Shown one piece after another: positions 47,032-59,149 of a stretch of 64,000 nt of DNA. Every line of letters starts with the position of its first letter. Position 1 is the stretch's first letter. The position numbers and the translations under genes were made by a program. The notes under the pieces are model-generated. The model saw only the letters and a list, made by a program, of their open reading frames with translations. It did not search any database and had not been told where the DNA came from. This DNA is from Amphiscolops sp. MND2022 (Eukaryota): NCBI GenBank assembly GCA_964187785.1, contig CAXLNC010000480.1, positions 186,001 to 250,000 on the forward strand, in the 5' to 3' direction.

Positions 47032-48799
47032 ACTGTTTATTCTCCGGTGTTTTGTTTCTTTCCTTTGAGGAGTGGATTTGCAGTGATTTTTGGTGTTCAA
47101 ACTTTTGGTGTTGTTTTGAATTGTTTGTTTGATGTAGTTTATTGTTTTGTTCTCATGGGCTGTGCTACCGTTGAAGCGATTACTCTTTTTGTTTTTCGTT
47201 CCTTTAGTGAATTGGTATTTATGCTGTTTGGTGGCTGGCTCTCAATTGAGTTATTCGCCTGTTCGACGTCTTGATGAGTCGTAGTTGTGTGTCGAGCGAG
47301 TTAGCAATTTTTTTCAGTTCGGAATTTTTCAACTAGTTTTTTGCATGTTGCATGGCGGCTTGCGTTATCGTAATTTTTTACCCTGGATTTGCAAGTTTTA
47401 AACTTAGCTGGTTTCGAAAAGTTGGAGTTGCAGGCTTAGCTTTACTTGTTGTTTCGTAGGTAGAGTAGTTACTTTCGCAACTACCATTGTAAACCTCTCA
47501 CTCATCAAGCTCCGCCTGCAGCTCTGCGTTGTTCATGGTTATAGCTTACATATAACAGAGGTGGAAACTTGACGGGTGCGTGGAGCCGCTCTGCTCCTAC
47601 AGATGACTTGAACAATTTAGGCTCTTCGTCCTAATACTCAGTGGACGGGTATTCCAACTGAGGTTTGCTCAGTGAGTGGCCTGTCTTTCAAATTTTTAGT
47701 TGCATGCAGTTTCTGTAGGACGTGTTGTTTATGACGTCATCATCGCTGATGTGTGTCTTGCGACGTCATCATTCGTGATGTTTGTCATTGACGTCTCTGA
47801 CGCTTAGTCGTTACATGTTTTTCGTCATGTCCTTTGCATGTATGCATGAAGTTTTCTGGTAATGGACTTTCTTTTTTGTGTTATGACGACTGTATTTTTC
47901 CGTTTTTAGTTTTTTTTGTTCGTTTCTAGGGAAAGATTTTTGTCGTCACAAAAACCCGTACAAAACCAACACCGAATCCACTTGTTAAAGAGCAAGCTTC
48001 ATCTGAATATGCACAACCAACCACACAGACACGCTTTTGACGACGCACCCACATAGCCGACACTATGATTCTTGTGGGGGGAGGGTGGGGTTCAGGTTCA
48101 ATAAACATAACCTTATTTAACCAGTTAGGTCGTGATAAATTGTCTTTTCAGTGTGTTTGGTGGCATATTTTTCTTTCCTCTTCGTTCAGTTAGGTAAGGT
48201 AGCAAGAAATGTAGGACATTTTTTTAGTGTGGTCGGTAGATGATTTTACATGAATTGCAAAAATTATCAGCGAAGTAATTTCCGATGACATGTATTTTGT
48301 TTTGCTGAAGTTCTTTGACGACTAAAGGTACGCGTCGTCACAGTTACCGTTGTTGTGTAATTACTGCGTTGCTTGAGTGCGGTGCTAATTCGTCTATTTT
48401 CGCAATGTTGAACGCTAGACAACGGTGAGTAGCAGTCGTCACGTAGCATTACAAATGATTTTTGGAAAATGTTTGTGGGTACGTTATTTATTTTAAATAT
48501 ATGTTACATGTATTTTTTAAGAAAGTGTAGGACACTCTCATTTTAATTTCATGTAGAGGTAGTTTGGTGTTGTACATTTGTTCGTTTTCCAAGTGAGTTA
48601 CTAATTTTTGTCAGCTCCGAGGCTAAGCCTACGAATTAGCAGGGAAGGACAAAAAGAATGATTTTTCCGAAAAGTGTTGTAAACGTAGAGGTTTACTTGT
48701 TAGTGTTAACCATTCATTTTTGTGTTCCAAGGTCTAAGCGTAGGACGCTTATTTGAGGATTTTACATGACTTTAAGTTAGTCTTCTTGTCTTGCATGAG

Positions 48800-51700
48800 T
48801 TCTAGTAAAGCGAGTTTGACTTGGAGTTCGTGAACTAGAGAGTTGCGGTAAGTTTTCGGATTAGATTCGGACCGTAGATTGTAATGGGTACTGTTATTGC
48901 GTGACGCGACTTGTTTTCTGCTACCATTGTTTGTCAGTTCATTCTCGTCGGTTACAGCTACGTCAGGTTCAACCCGGTACTCGTCGTTTGTGTTAGTGTT
49001 GACGACCGACTCGTCAGGGGGGTTGCTCTACAGATTGCGGAGAACTCTGAGGGATCGTTTGTCACTGTGGTTGGTCAGTTAACCTTTGCGCCCGCTCGTA
49101 TATGATGCCGTCTTCGGTATCAATTTTTTCACGTTCTACCGTTTCCGGCGTTGGTTCGAAGTGAATTATTTGGGTGATGTGGTAATTGAAGAGCTCTAGA
49201 TCGTCGGACGCTTCAGGGTCAGCGAAAATGTGATTTGGGTCTTCTTCAATGTGCGTTCGGAGTGAAAGGACGTAGTCGCATCCTGTGAACGAACTGAGTT
49301 CGAAAAGTGCCTACATTTCTAACTTGTGCCTACTTTGTAGTTAAAGTTGGTGAGGACTTTCACTACTTTGAAAGGCCCTTTTCATTTGAAATGGTTGAAC
49401 GCGATTTTGTCAGACTGAGTTGTGACATTTGGGTTAAGCAGGAATGCGAAGTCCTTAACGTTTAACGGCAACGCCTGCGCTCTACGATCGTAATACTTTT
49501 TGTACTTGTGGTAGGCTTGGAGTATATTGTCGTTCACTTGTTTATACTTTTCGTTGACTTGTCAGTTTCCGTTCTCAGTTTCCGTTGTCTCGCATTTCAG
49601 AGGGTTACTGAATTTAAGGTCTAGTGCGTTAAACGGAAATCTACTGTGGAACACTTCGCTCGGTGTACACTTAAGTGACTGGTGGTAGGTGGTGTTGTGT
49701 GCCATGACTGCTAGTTTTACTTACTTTTCCCATTGGGGAGAGTCAGCTGAAACGTTGATTTTCAGAATCTGCTTCAGTCTTTGATGGAAGCGTTTTACGA
49801 AGGCAGTGCTTGAGTCGGTAATGATTGTCTTTGGTATGTACGCGTGTTGAGTGAAGATCTGCATAAGGGCGTTCACTACAGATTTTGTGTCTGTTTTACG
49901 GATCGGGACAGCGAACAGTTAATGCGAGAAGTAATCACACGCCATCAGGTTGTGCGTATACCCTTTTGATCAAGGTAGTTCGCCTACTAGGTCAATTTTG
50001 AATACGTCTTCGGGACCATTGAATGGGTCAAAAATTTTCTCTAAAGGAGGGACTAGTCGCTTTGGGTCGCAAGACTTGGCCTTGATGCAATCGGTACAGT
50101 TACTTACATACTTTGAAACGTGCTCACTTTGTCCTGGTTTGTAAAAACGCTTGCGGAGTTCTACCACCATTTTTGATGCCCCAAGGTGTCCCTGCATGGG
50201 GTCGCCATGCATCGTCCTGATTGTGGGCATAGTAGTTTCTGGAGGTACTACAATTTCTTTCAATAGAACTCTACCAGTGTTATCGGAAACGTTCCTGGAC
50301 AAGACCTTTCTAACCACTTCTAAACGTTTTCTGTTTTTTACGAGTTTTTGAAAAAAGGAACTGGCAAAGTTTACGTGGTTAGGCAGTGGTTCGTTGTTTT
50401 CCAAGACGCGAACCATTTTCTGAACGTCCTGGATACTTAACTGATCCTGGATAATTAGGGAATTCCCTTGCGGGCATACCTGGTTTACCGTGTGTGGGTG
50501 TTTAACGTCGTGTAAACTTCGTCAGCATGATGGATGGGGCCTTTATTGTTAGGACTGGCTCGAGGTGACGACTAATGATCTGGATCATCTTGACACGGTC
50601 GTCATCATGCTGGTGTTGGCTGTGTGCGAGGGACTGCATTAGGGATTGCATTTAAGTGACGTCGTCGTGAATGTTGATTGCACCAAATTGTTGCTGTTCT
50701 TGGGGGGGGGTGTTAATCGTCTCAGGTTGTTGCAGTTGTTCAGGGTCATAATCTTCATCGTCATCCTGTTTTGTAGTTTTTGCAGCCATGTCGATCTCGA
50801 TGTAAAGGACAGGAATTTGGTCGTTGAGTTTCAGGTGATTCCTGTTTTCGGGCTTGATGTCGAGTCGATACAAATAGTCTGAAGCTGGATTTTCCACCCT
50901 TGGTACGTGGGCAAGCACGAAGTCGAACTGTAGTGCTTGATCACAAGGATTCCACAATTTGAGCGGGATTCGTTTCGACATGAAGAAGCGTGTCAGCATT
51001 TGTGGGTTTCTTGACTATAAATACGTGTGCACAATATGTGTGCAAATTAGTAGAAAACGAAGTGCATTGCCAGGAACTCTTTTGCGTACATTGTTAGTGA
51101 CATCTGGCCTTCAGTGAATCTTTGGGAGCCGAATGCTACAGGTGCATACGTCTTCTTGTTGCCGTCGTTGGTCTCCGTGTGTCTTCAATGAGAAGTACGT
51201 AACCCGCTGCGTGTTCACTTGCATCACACCTGATAACGACTTCTTTTTCGGGTAATGGTAACCTGATTTGTGACAGTTTCGCAGCTCGTGCCAGATTCTC
51301 ATTGATGTCAAAAATTGCATCTTTGTGTACGTGTGTTAATGTGAATTTGACATCTTTCTGCAAAAGTTCTTCGGAATCTAACTTCGGGATGTACTGTCTG
51401 TAAAACTGGACAAATCCGATGTATCGTTGGAGTGATTTGACTGATGTTGGCAACTTCAGGTTTTTGAGAATTTGGACATTGAGAGTTTCAGTCCTGCTTT
51501 TCGAAGCTGCTGGAATACTGTCTCAATGTTGTCTACCAGCTCGGCCACGTTGTTTGCAGCAAATCCGATGTCATCAACGTACTGTGCCCATTTCTCTGCT
51601 TTCACTAGTGCATCAAGGTAATCTCGCATCGTACTGTTGAACGCTGACAATGACCTGTTCAACCCTTGGGCGAGCCGGAGGTACGCAAATATTCTGCTGC

Positions 51701-53200
51701 CAAAGTTGAATGCAAGAAGTTCGATTGATTGTTCGTCGGCCATCTAGAGGCAGCGGTAGGCCTGAGAACAATCGAGCTTGCAGAAGTTATTCTTGCCTGT
51801 CATGTGTTGTGCCGCATCTGCTATGGTGGTAACTGGGTGATTGTGTTGGTTGTATTCGTTCATGAGGAGGTGATTGATGCGCCTCAAGTCGACTAGTATC
51901 CGAAGTATGCCATTGTGCTTCGGCTGCGCGAATGTCTGAGAAGAGTATTTGCTCTACGGAAAAGTCGTGATGATCCCGTATTCTTGCATCAGGGACAGTT
52001 CAACCAGGAGATCGTCCTTCAAGTTGGTTGGTGTGGGTAAAATTTGCGCGTACACAAGATCATCATGTTTAGTCGTTAGCTTGAGCTTGAAATCGGTATT
52101 GATGCCGATGTCCAAACTGTGACGTGCAACAATCATGTGGTACTTGACAAGCAGTGCTTTGAACCTCTGATGCGAGGAAGGTCTGTCGTTGCTCGTCGTC
52201 ACATGTGGGATCAAACGTTTCAGCTTCTCGGAGTTGTATGATTCCGTCGTGTATTCGGCGTTCATTTTTGTTGAGTTTTTCATGGTTGTCGCATGTTTCG
52301 GGTATTGGGTACCATCGTTTGCCTGTGGCTGCCTCGGGGTCTTGGAACAACTGATTGATCACGTTGTCAGCTTCATCGGGGAACTTTGGAGATCAGGGTC
52401 AGTTGCTCCTTGTCATGTGTTGAATATTTCTGGCCTGGTTCGGAGTTAGTATTTTGAATTCTGCAAATGTTGTAATTTGGGGAATTGTTATGGCGTGGTC
52501 CAGGTGGTTGGTGACTGAGACATGGCTCTGTTGTTCCCGTATCTCGGAAAACGATGGGCACACTAGTGATTCTGTCTTGCGTTCGAATGCTGAGGACGCT
52601 TCTACTGTGCCTGTTACAGTGCCAATGTCCTTTTCAGCTACCACGGGAATGAAGCTTGTTGTCTGGGTGCGATTGTTGTCCTCTGTGATGCCCTGAGCTC
52701 CAACATTCGTAATTTGAATTTCCCATTTGATGGTTTGAGCTGGAGGGTAATCTCTGGGAATCGTACAATGTTGTTTGCGAGGTCCACGTTCAAAGCTTAG
52801 TTTTTGAAGAAGGACATTCCAATTACCCATTGTAGTCACGATCATGAATGTCTCTTCGAACACTTTCCCCCCAATGAAGAAACGGAGAAGGGCTTGTTAT
52901 CGTACTGGTACGATATTCCCATTGGCAATTTGGACTTTGAAGTCAGGGGCTGGGTACTCTTCAAGTTGGGCTGCTGGATGTGCTTGGAGTACTCGTCTCA
53001 GTTCATTTTCAGACATTGCGCTCCGGATAGCTCCTGTGCCTAGTTTTTGTATGTATCCCTGAATTGAAAAGGGACATAGAGCATCTTGTTCCTTTTGTCA
53101 AGTTGCAGCATAGCGCTCAACAGTCTGATGTGTGTGTTTGGCTTCGGAGGGTGTTTCTTGTGGTTGGTCTTCTCTGTTTTGGTTGGTTGTTCATCGTGGT
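48800..53200 (-). pseudogene. pol: Family C pol (PR, spacer, RT, RH, integrase)
   Basis: L(G)TGAIRSAMSE protease with Asp mutated; LRILVDLRRINH; KLDCSQAY; RLAQGLNRSLSAF; QYVDDIG (~51570); CDASEHAAGYVLLIED; MHGDPMQGHLG...CTDCIKAK; IDLVGELP; YNLRSESNP tail. Confidence 0.95.
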
Positions 53201-53399
53201 TGCGGCTGTGGGGTGTGTCTTCGTTTCCCGTTAACGTTTAGAGTCATCGCTGTTTTCGGTCTGAGTACAGTCATCAGTCGTGGAGGTGGCGTCGTCGTCA
53301 ACTAGAGGAAGGATGTGGTAATTGTTGTGAGCCACCTTTTGAACGTAGTATCGTTTGGAGGGTTGAGACCTTCTGTCAATATGCTGCCGGCATTCTGAC

Positions 53400-55024
53400 A
53401 TCTTGGTCGTAGAGTCGTAGTGGTTTTAGGTCTGTAGTTTGTTGCGCGCACTTGTAGTCTGGTTTAGTGGAGGACGACGTGTCTTCACAAGTTTTTAGAA
53501 TTCGATTCGAATTCTTTATTGTACTCCATGTCATAGCAGTCGTTGTGGATTTCGGTTCGGGTTGGCTGCTCGGTCGCATGTGTGACCTGGTAAGCTGGTT
53601 GTCGAATATTCTGGGATTGTTTGAAATCCCTATGGAACTCTCGATTTTCTGTTGTCGATTGTTTTTCGTATGGTACTATTAGATAGGCTGAAGCTCCTGA
53701 TACTCTGTTTCTGCAATCTCGTGCTGAGTGCCCTACTTTCCCACAGATCTGGGATACCAGCTTGGAATTGTACCGTGGTTTGTCGATCTGCTGCTGTTGG
53801 CCGTTGTTGTTTGCTTGTTGTGGACGTTGTTGGGTTTTGGTGTTGATCCCATTGGCTTCGTCACTGAGTCGTGTACGGCAATCAACCCACTTAAGCCCCA
53901 GGATGTTACAAAATCTGCAATTGCCTTCGAACCTACGCTTGATTTCTTTCGCAGTGTTCGTCTTGTCAACAGTATTGTTGTGGTAGTCTGGTTGGGCATT
54001 CTGTTGTTTCGGTTGGTAGTTGAATGCCTGATTCAATGGTTGCATGGCAGATGTGCCAGGAGCTATTGAGCGTATTGGCAACGGCGTTGCACGAACGTCT
54101 TTATTTCTTCTACGGTGGCCTGCTATGGCCAATTCGTTCTGGAGCTGGACTGGGAGCTTTGCAAACGGGAATGATTCAGCAATATCATTTGCTCTTTCCC
54201 CGTACGCCTGTTTTGCTGTCTTCTTGAAAATCGTTAGGAAGTCTGTGAATGACTCCGAGGTGGGTTCGTACCTCATTTGGTCCAACTGGTACTTCGACAC
54301 TTCCTTGAGGTCTTTTTTGGCGTATTCTTTGTCGAACGCCGTCAGAACGTCGGTCAGTGTCGTTTCTGTATTGATCTTTAGGGTTTGCCAGAAGTCAATG
54401 GCGTCGTCCAAGAGTAAGCTCTGAAATTAGTTCAACATTTGCTCTTCGTCAATTCATTCATGTGAAGGCGGAGGTGGTTTTTGAACAAGTGCTCGAATTC
54501 ATTATATTTTTCTCGGTTTCCGCGGAAGAGAGGGACCTGGGTTTGGAGGATTTCGGGTTGTATCACGCCATCAGTCATCGTGGTATGCAGGTTGTGGATT
54601 TCCGTCATGACGTCATCAATTTGTGGTGAAGGGAAGGATGGGAGAGTTCTTTGTGGAGGTTGCGCATTCGGAGTAGGCGTTGGGTTTGCCGAGTCTCCTG
54701 TCACCATGTCAGAACGAGTTGATGTCTCGGAATTTAAGACCTCTTGGTGGTTCCCTTTCTTACTGGTTGCAATTTTCTCTGTTGGGCTCTTGCTATGCTT
54801 GTTAACTCTCCGATCTGCCTGTTCATAACTATGAAACTTTGCTCTTTTCGGAGCCTCACATGGTCGCTCTCCATCGACCTCATAGTTTCGTCCTCGTTCG
54901 CACCAAAATAACTTTCACGGTAATGGTCAGCCACGCTGACGTTATCTTCATTATCAGAAAATCTATCTTCCTCTGTTTAATCCAGTCTGTTCTCGCTAAA
55001 GATCTGCGACCTTGTATTTACCAT
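53400..55024 (-). pseudogene. gag: Family C gag
   Basis: ATG at 55024 (MVNTRSQ); ...RSD|MVTG...; DDAIDFWQTLKI; CRFCNILGLKWVDC and ICGKVGHSARDC zinc knuckles. Confidence 0.92.
54695..54706 (-). promoter_or_regulatory. Putative PBS of element C (tRNA-Leu-like), in frame within gag
   Basis: ...TTCTGACA|TGGTGACAGGAG, identical to the family B site over 12 nt. Confidence 0.7.
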
Positions 55025-55365
55025 TTTCGTGTTAACAGGTTAGTTTTAGTAAGGTTTGAATTAATGTTGAATTGGAAAAATGTTATTGTATTGATAAGTA
55101 ATCAAGGTAGTAAGTTAATTTCGATATAGTGTAATTCAGACTGATTACAGTGGTAGCACAATTTCAACTGGTGATTTTGTACTTCGTTTTAGCACCCTCA
55201 ATCTTTCTAGTCATGCGTACATAATACCTAATTGATTGCGTCTACTTGTTTTTTGTTTTCTCATTGATTCGGCAAGTCACACTTTAAGGTGCGTTAGACG
55301 ACTGGTTACTTCATTCGTCGTTAATCTCCTTCGCAGCACTTTCGCACATGTTATGACATCACTAA
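54707..55365 (-). repeat. Element C 5' LTR (truncated upstream)
   Basis: Direct repeat of 41725-42382. Confidence 0.75.
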
Positions 55366-56121
55366 TCTTCGCAATTTTAGCTCCGACTAATTTGCGGTTA
55401 AAGTGGTGGTGGCAACTATGGGTACAAATTTCTCATATAATAAAGATCAATGCACAACTTTTTGGTTATGACTAATTGTTTCGGTTCTTGGTTTTAATCG
55501 ATGCACTACATGAAAATTGCAACTACTGAATGAAATGAATTGATGGTTTCTTCTTGATAAATGGGAAATGGTATTTCACGAAACACTAATCGATGCACTG
55601 TATAAACATATGTAGAACTGCATGTAATGTGTTTTAGGTAAAATGACGACTGGATAGGCCAGTCGTTCTTTTCTTTAAAAATATTTCATGAGTTTTTAGT
55701 TTGTGTTGAGCTTCAATCGCAGTTTCTGACAACTGGGACGTGTCGTCGTTAAATACATCATGTCGTTCGGCATGACATTCGCTGTATCCTAATTTACATC
55801 TAACAAGTTGTTCTCAGGCACTTCAGCGGACTTCAAATTTATTTACACGAAAGAAAAATCGTGTAAAGATTTCCTGCATCTTAGACAATCCTGCCAGCAT
55901 GTCCCTGCTCTTTGAAAACAAGTCCCTGCAAGCATGGGAACTTATGAAAATTTTGCAAGCGGTCTTCGAGGAAGATAATTCGTTGGCTCTGGTCACTAAA
56001 TGCTGCTGTTGTTACTAAGCAGACACTGGAATTTCAAACGATCTGTCCTGTCACGAGATGTAACCAACTGATTCTCACTTCATCAAAAGAGAAGTCACGG
56101 AACCACATAATTTTGTATGCA

Positions 56122-56306
56122 CTAACATTTTCCACAGGTGTATGGACACCACACACTATACACCGGATGACTGCAATCAATGGGAGTCGGGAGATCCTTT
56201 TTGGGCAGATGTTCGATCACCCCCGCCTGGGCGAATTCCTCAACATATCCAGGGTCTTTGATTGCCGGGCAACTTCGGTGGTAATCAAAACAAGAATCGG
56301 AACATT
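56122..56306 (-). CDS. Probable terminal host exon encoding an ShKT (ShK toxin-like) domain
   Basis: TTTTTATTCATCTCCAG| acceptor. (E)CSDSCFDYHRSC-x31-CSHPVYSVWCPYTCGKC* fits the CxD..C..C..CPxTCxxC ShKT pattern and ends in TAG. Confidence 0.75.
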
Positions 56307-57949
56307 CTGGAGATGAATAAAAAGTTAATGTTACAGTTTTGGTGGAAAACGTCTGGACAGATAAGTTTTCTGCAAGTAAATCAAAAAGATACGAATAAAT
56401 CGGTAGCATCACAGTTTTGGGAAACAATATCAGGAGAGAATTTTAAAGAACACACAAGATTTTCCGGAAGATTTCTAGTAAAAAAAAGACCTAAATATAT
56501 TTTCTACTTTCACTTCAAAATAATAATCATTCAAAACTAAATTAAATTCGAGAAAAAAATCAGCCGTATTTGATCTTAATTGATTAATATGAAATTAATT
56601 TACACTTAATATTAGTGAAAAAAACTGATAATCTACGTGTTCGGAAAGAATAATCTTTGTCTGAAAGCAGCTATGGAATGTCCAAAAACTGACGTTAAAC
56701 GTGCCATCGAATCTGATCAATCATAATGAGTCAGACATGAAAGCGCCAAGCGACATTAGTGTTCAACTCGCCAAGTATCAAAAACTGTAAATTACCAACC
56801 TGTTTTTGTGGTATCCACTGAAATAGCCTTGAAAAGGCCCAGAATTAACAAACAGTTTATCATCATTGATATCTCAACTGTATCGTTCCTCAACAAATAA
56901 CGATTTGAAGATTAATAAAATGCCACCTCTATTTTCTATTGTCACCTCGGAGCTTTTGGAAACAAGCTGATTTTCGAGTGTGTAGTTTTGGGAGGAAATT
57001 TTCAACTGTACTCCCAATGGAAAATATCATCTTGGTAATTTTCCAACCTTGAGATGCCCACAAAACGCACTTCAGAAAAAATGAAAATTTTTGAAGTAGT
57101 CTTGAAAAATGGTCAATTCGGTAAAAAGAATGTTTAAAAAATGCCACATGATTTTTCGGGGATATACATGTTTTACATAGGATATTTAGAATCTACATGA
57201 TGTTATTCAAATATGAGGGATGAAAACGGACTAAAATGCATTTATATAACGGAGAATTCCCGACTAAAACTGTCATCATTTGTTGTCATTTTCGATGTGA
57301 GGAAACATAAAGGCTCCAAATTTAGAACTTGAAATGACTTTTGTTGACAACTTATGTAACACATCAAATTCTCGAACCTCCCTTTTTTGAAATGAACAAA
57401 AAGGCGCTATTGACGAAAATCTGATTTTCTACTCAAGTTTCTTCGAAACAACATAACCCTCGTGGAACATCCTACCGAGGAAAATGATAAATAAAAACGT
57501 TTCATATGAAACATGGAAAAACGAATCAAATCTTTTCTTTTCCAAATATACGAAGTTTAAAAAAGACGGACCACAATACGGAATATAAAGTTGGAGTGTT
57601 CACCGTTTTACAAAATACGCCCCCAAAATTGTACCTTTTACCCTTTAATTGTATTCTAATAACTTTATATTGTATACACTACCTCTTGAAATAGAAATGT
57701 AATTTTAATTAACACTATATTGACTAGAAAATGCGTTTTTTTTCTAGTTGGCACTTTTGAAGAAAAGTTCCCGACTCTTACAGTGGGTAGTTTTTTTAAA
57801 CGCGTAAGGTTCAACTTTTTGTTCATTTGTTCAACTTTAACTATGGATGTCCGAAACATACTTGAAATGTCAGAACCTCGTCCGAAACAAAACAGACGTC
57901 CAAAACCTCTGAAACATACTGAGAATCTAAACTTTGGTGTTTTTTAAAC

Positions 57950-58220
57950 ATTTTTTTTCGGTACTATGAGACTTTTTTCGAGAATTTTTTGATTACACCA
58001 GAAGGTCCCCCTTCAATTGTTTCGATAAGTTGCAACAGAATAAATGTTAAGAAATCGACGTTTTTCGGCACTGTGGCACTGTTCAAAACTCTCATTTTTT
58101 TCGAAAATTTCTTGATGTCTCCAGAGGATCCCCCTCCAATTTTTTCTCAATTTTGCAGTTTTGAGTGTCAAAAAACCCACAGGGTCTCCCCTTTACAATT
58201 TCAAAAACTTTGTGCTTTTT
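57950..58220. repeat. Degenerate ~120-bp tandem repeats, probably part of a non-autonomous DNA element
   Basis: Recurring TTTTTCGG(T/C)ACT...TTTTTTCGA(G/A)AATTT...CAGA(A/G)G(G/A)TCCCC blocks. Nearby 57770-57840 shares motifs with 40835-40915. Confidence 0.4.
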
Positions 58221-59149
58221 GAGACTTAGATATAGCGCCGGCTGTGGCCGTTCCCAAAACATCGGTACGATGATAGAAGAGGAAAATTTTAAAACTGAAG
58301 ATGATGAAGAAGAAAACAAGACTATAAAAGTCATTCACTTCAGACCAACTTCCTTCAATGAGCCGCTATGGTGGGTGGAAACAAAAGAGGAAACCAAAGG
58401 CGCTGAAGTGCGTAGTGCAAGGCTTGCGAAGGATTCTCGCTTAACACCAAACCATTTCAGGATATAATTCATCTGCAGCGCAAATAATCTCGAAGATAGG
58501 CATTAGAAACTAAAAAGACTACAAGTCACAATTGATTAAGGATTAGTTTTTGTCAAAAATGCACTAAGTGGGTACTTCAACGAAGTGAAACAAAATCCAA
58601 GAGGAGGCTCCAGGAGTGCACCATGAAAAAGTATAAACACATCATGCCATTACTTCGAATGCTTTCGGAGAAATTTCAGCCAATTGTTGGGGGCGTTTTA
58701 GCGCAACCTTCCAAACTTCTAACGAAATACGACAATGATGGAGCCTGTTCTGGTTGAACACTCGAGCACCAGCATTAGCACATGTACTGAGGAAAAGTTT
58801 TTTGCTGAAAATCAATTTTCTAAAGAGAGACGATCTTTAGAAATCCAGGCTAATCAGTCGCATTTATTCAAGGATCAATTTCCGTTAACAATTGCACCGA
58901 GAAATAACGTTAGCGCAATGAAAAAGTTTCAATGAGAAGACCCCGGTTGTGCAGCATGAAAAACTATGGTTCCGAAGATCATAGTAAAAAACTGAAAACT
59001 GCCTCTGTTGTATACTTAGAGAATAACGTGTGAGGAAAGAAGAATTAAAATTAAAACGTTTAATGTAGCTCTAACTTAACATAATGATAAGGAGCTTTTC
59101 ATTCTGAATTAAATAGCTGTTGATAAAAAAGAACCTAAATAGCAACGGA

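Noticed and set aside
58165-58935. ORFs 58165-58467 and 58735-58935 as host or transposase genes
   Set aside because: Short, no motif, and no convincing splice structure.
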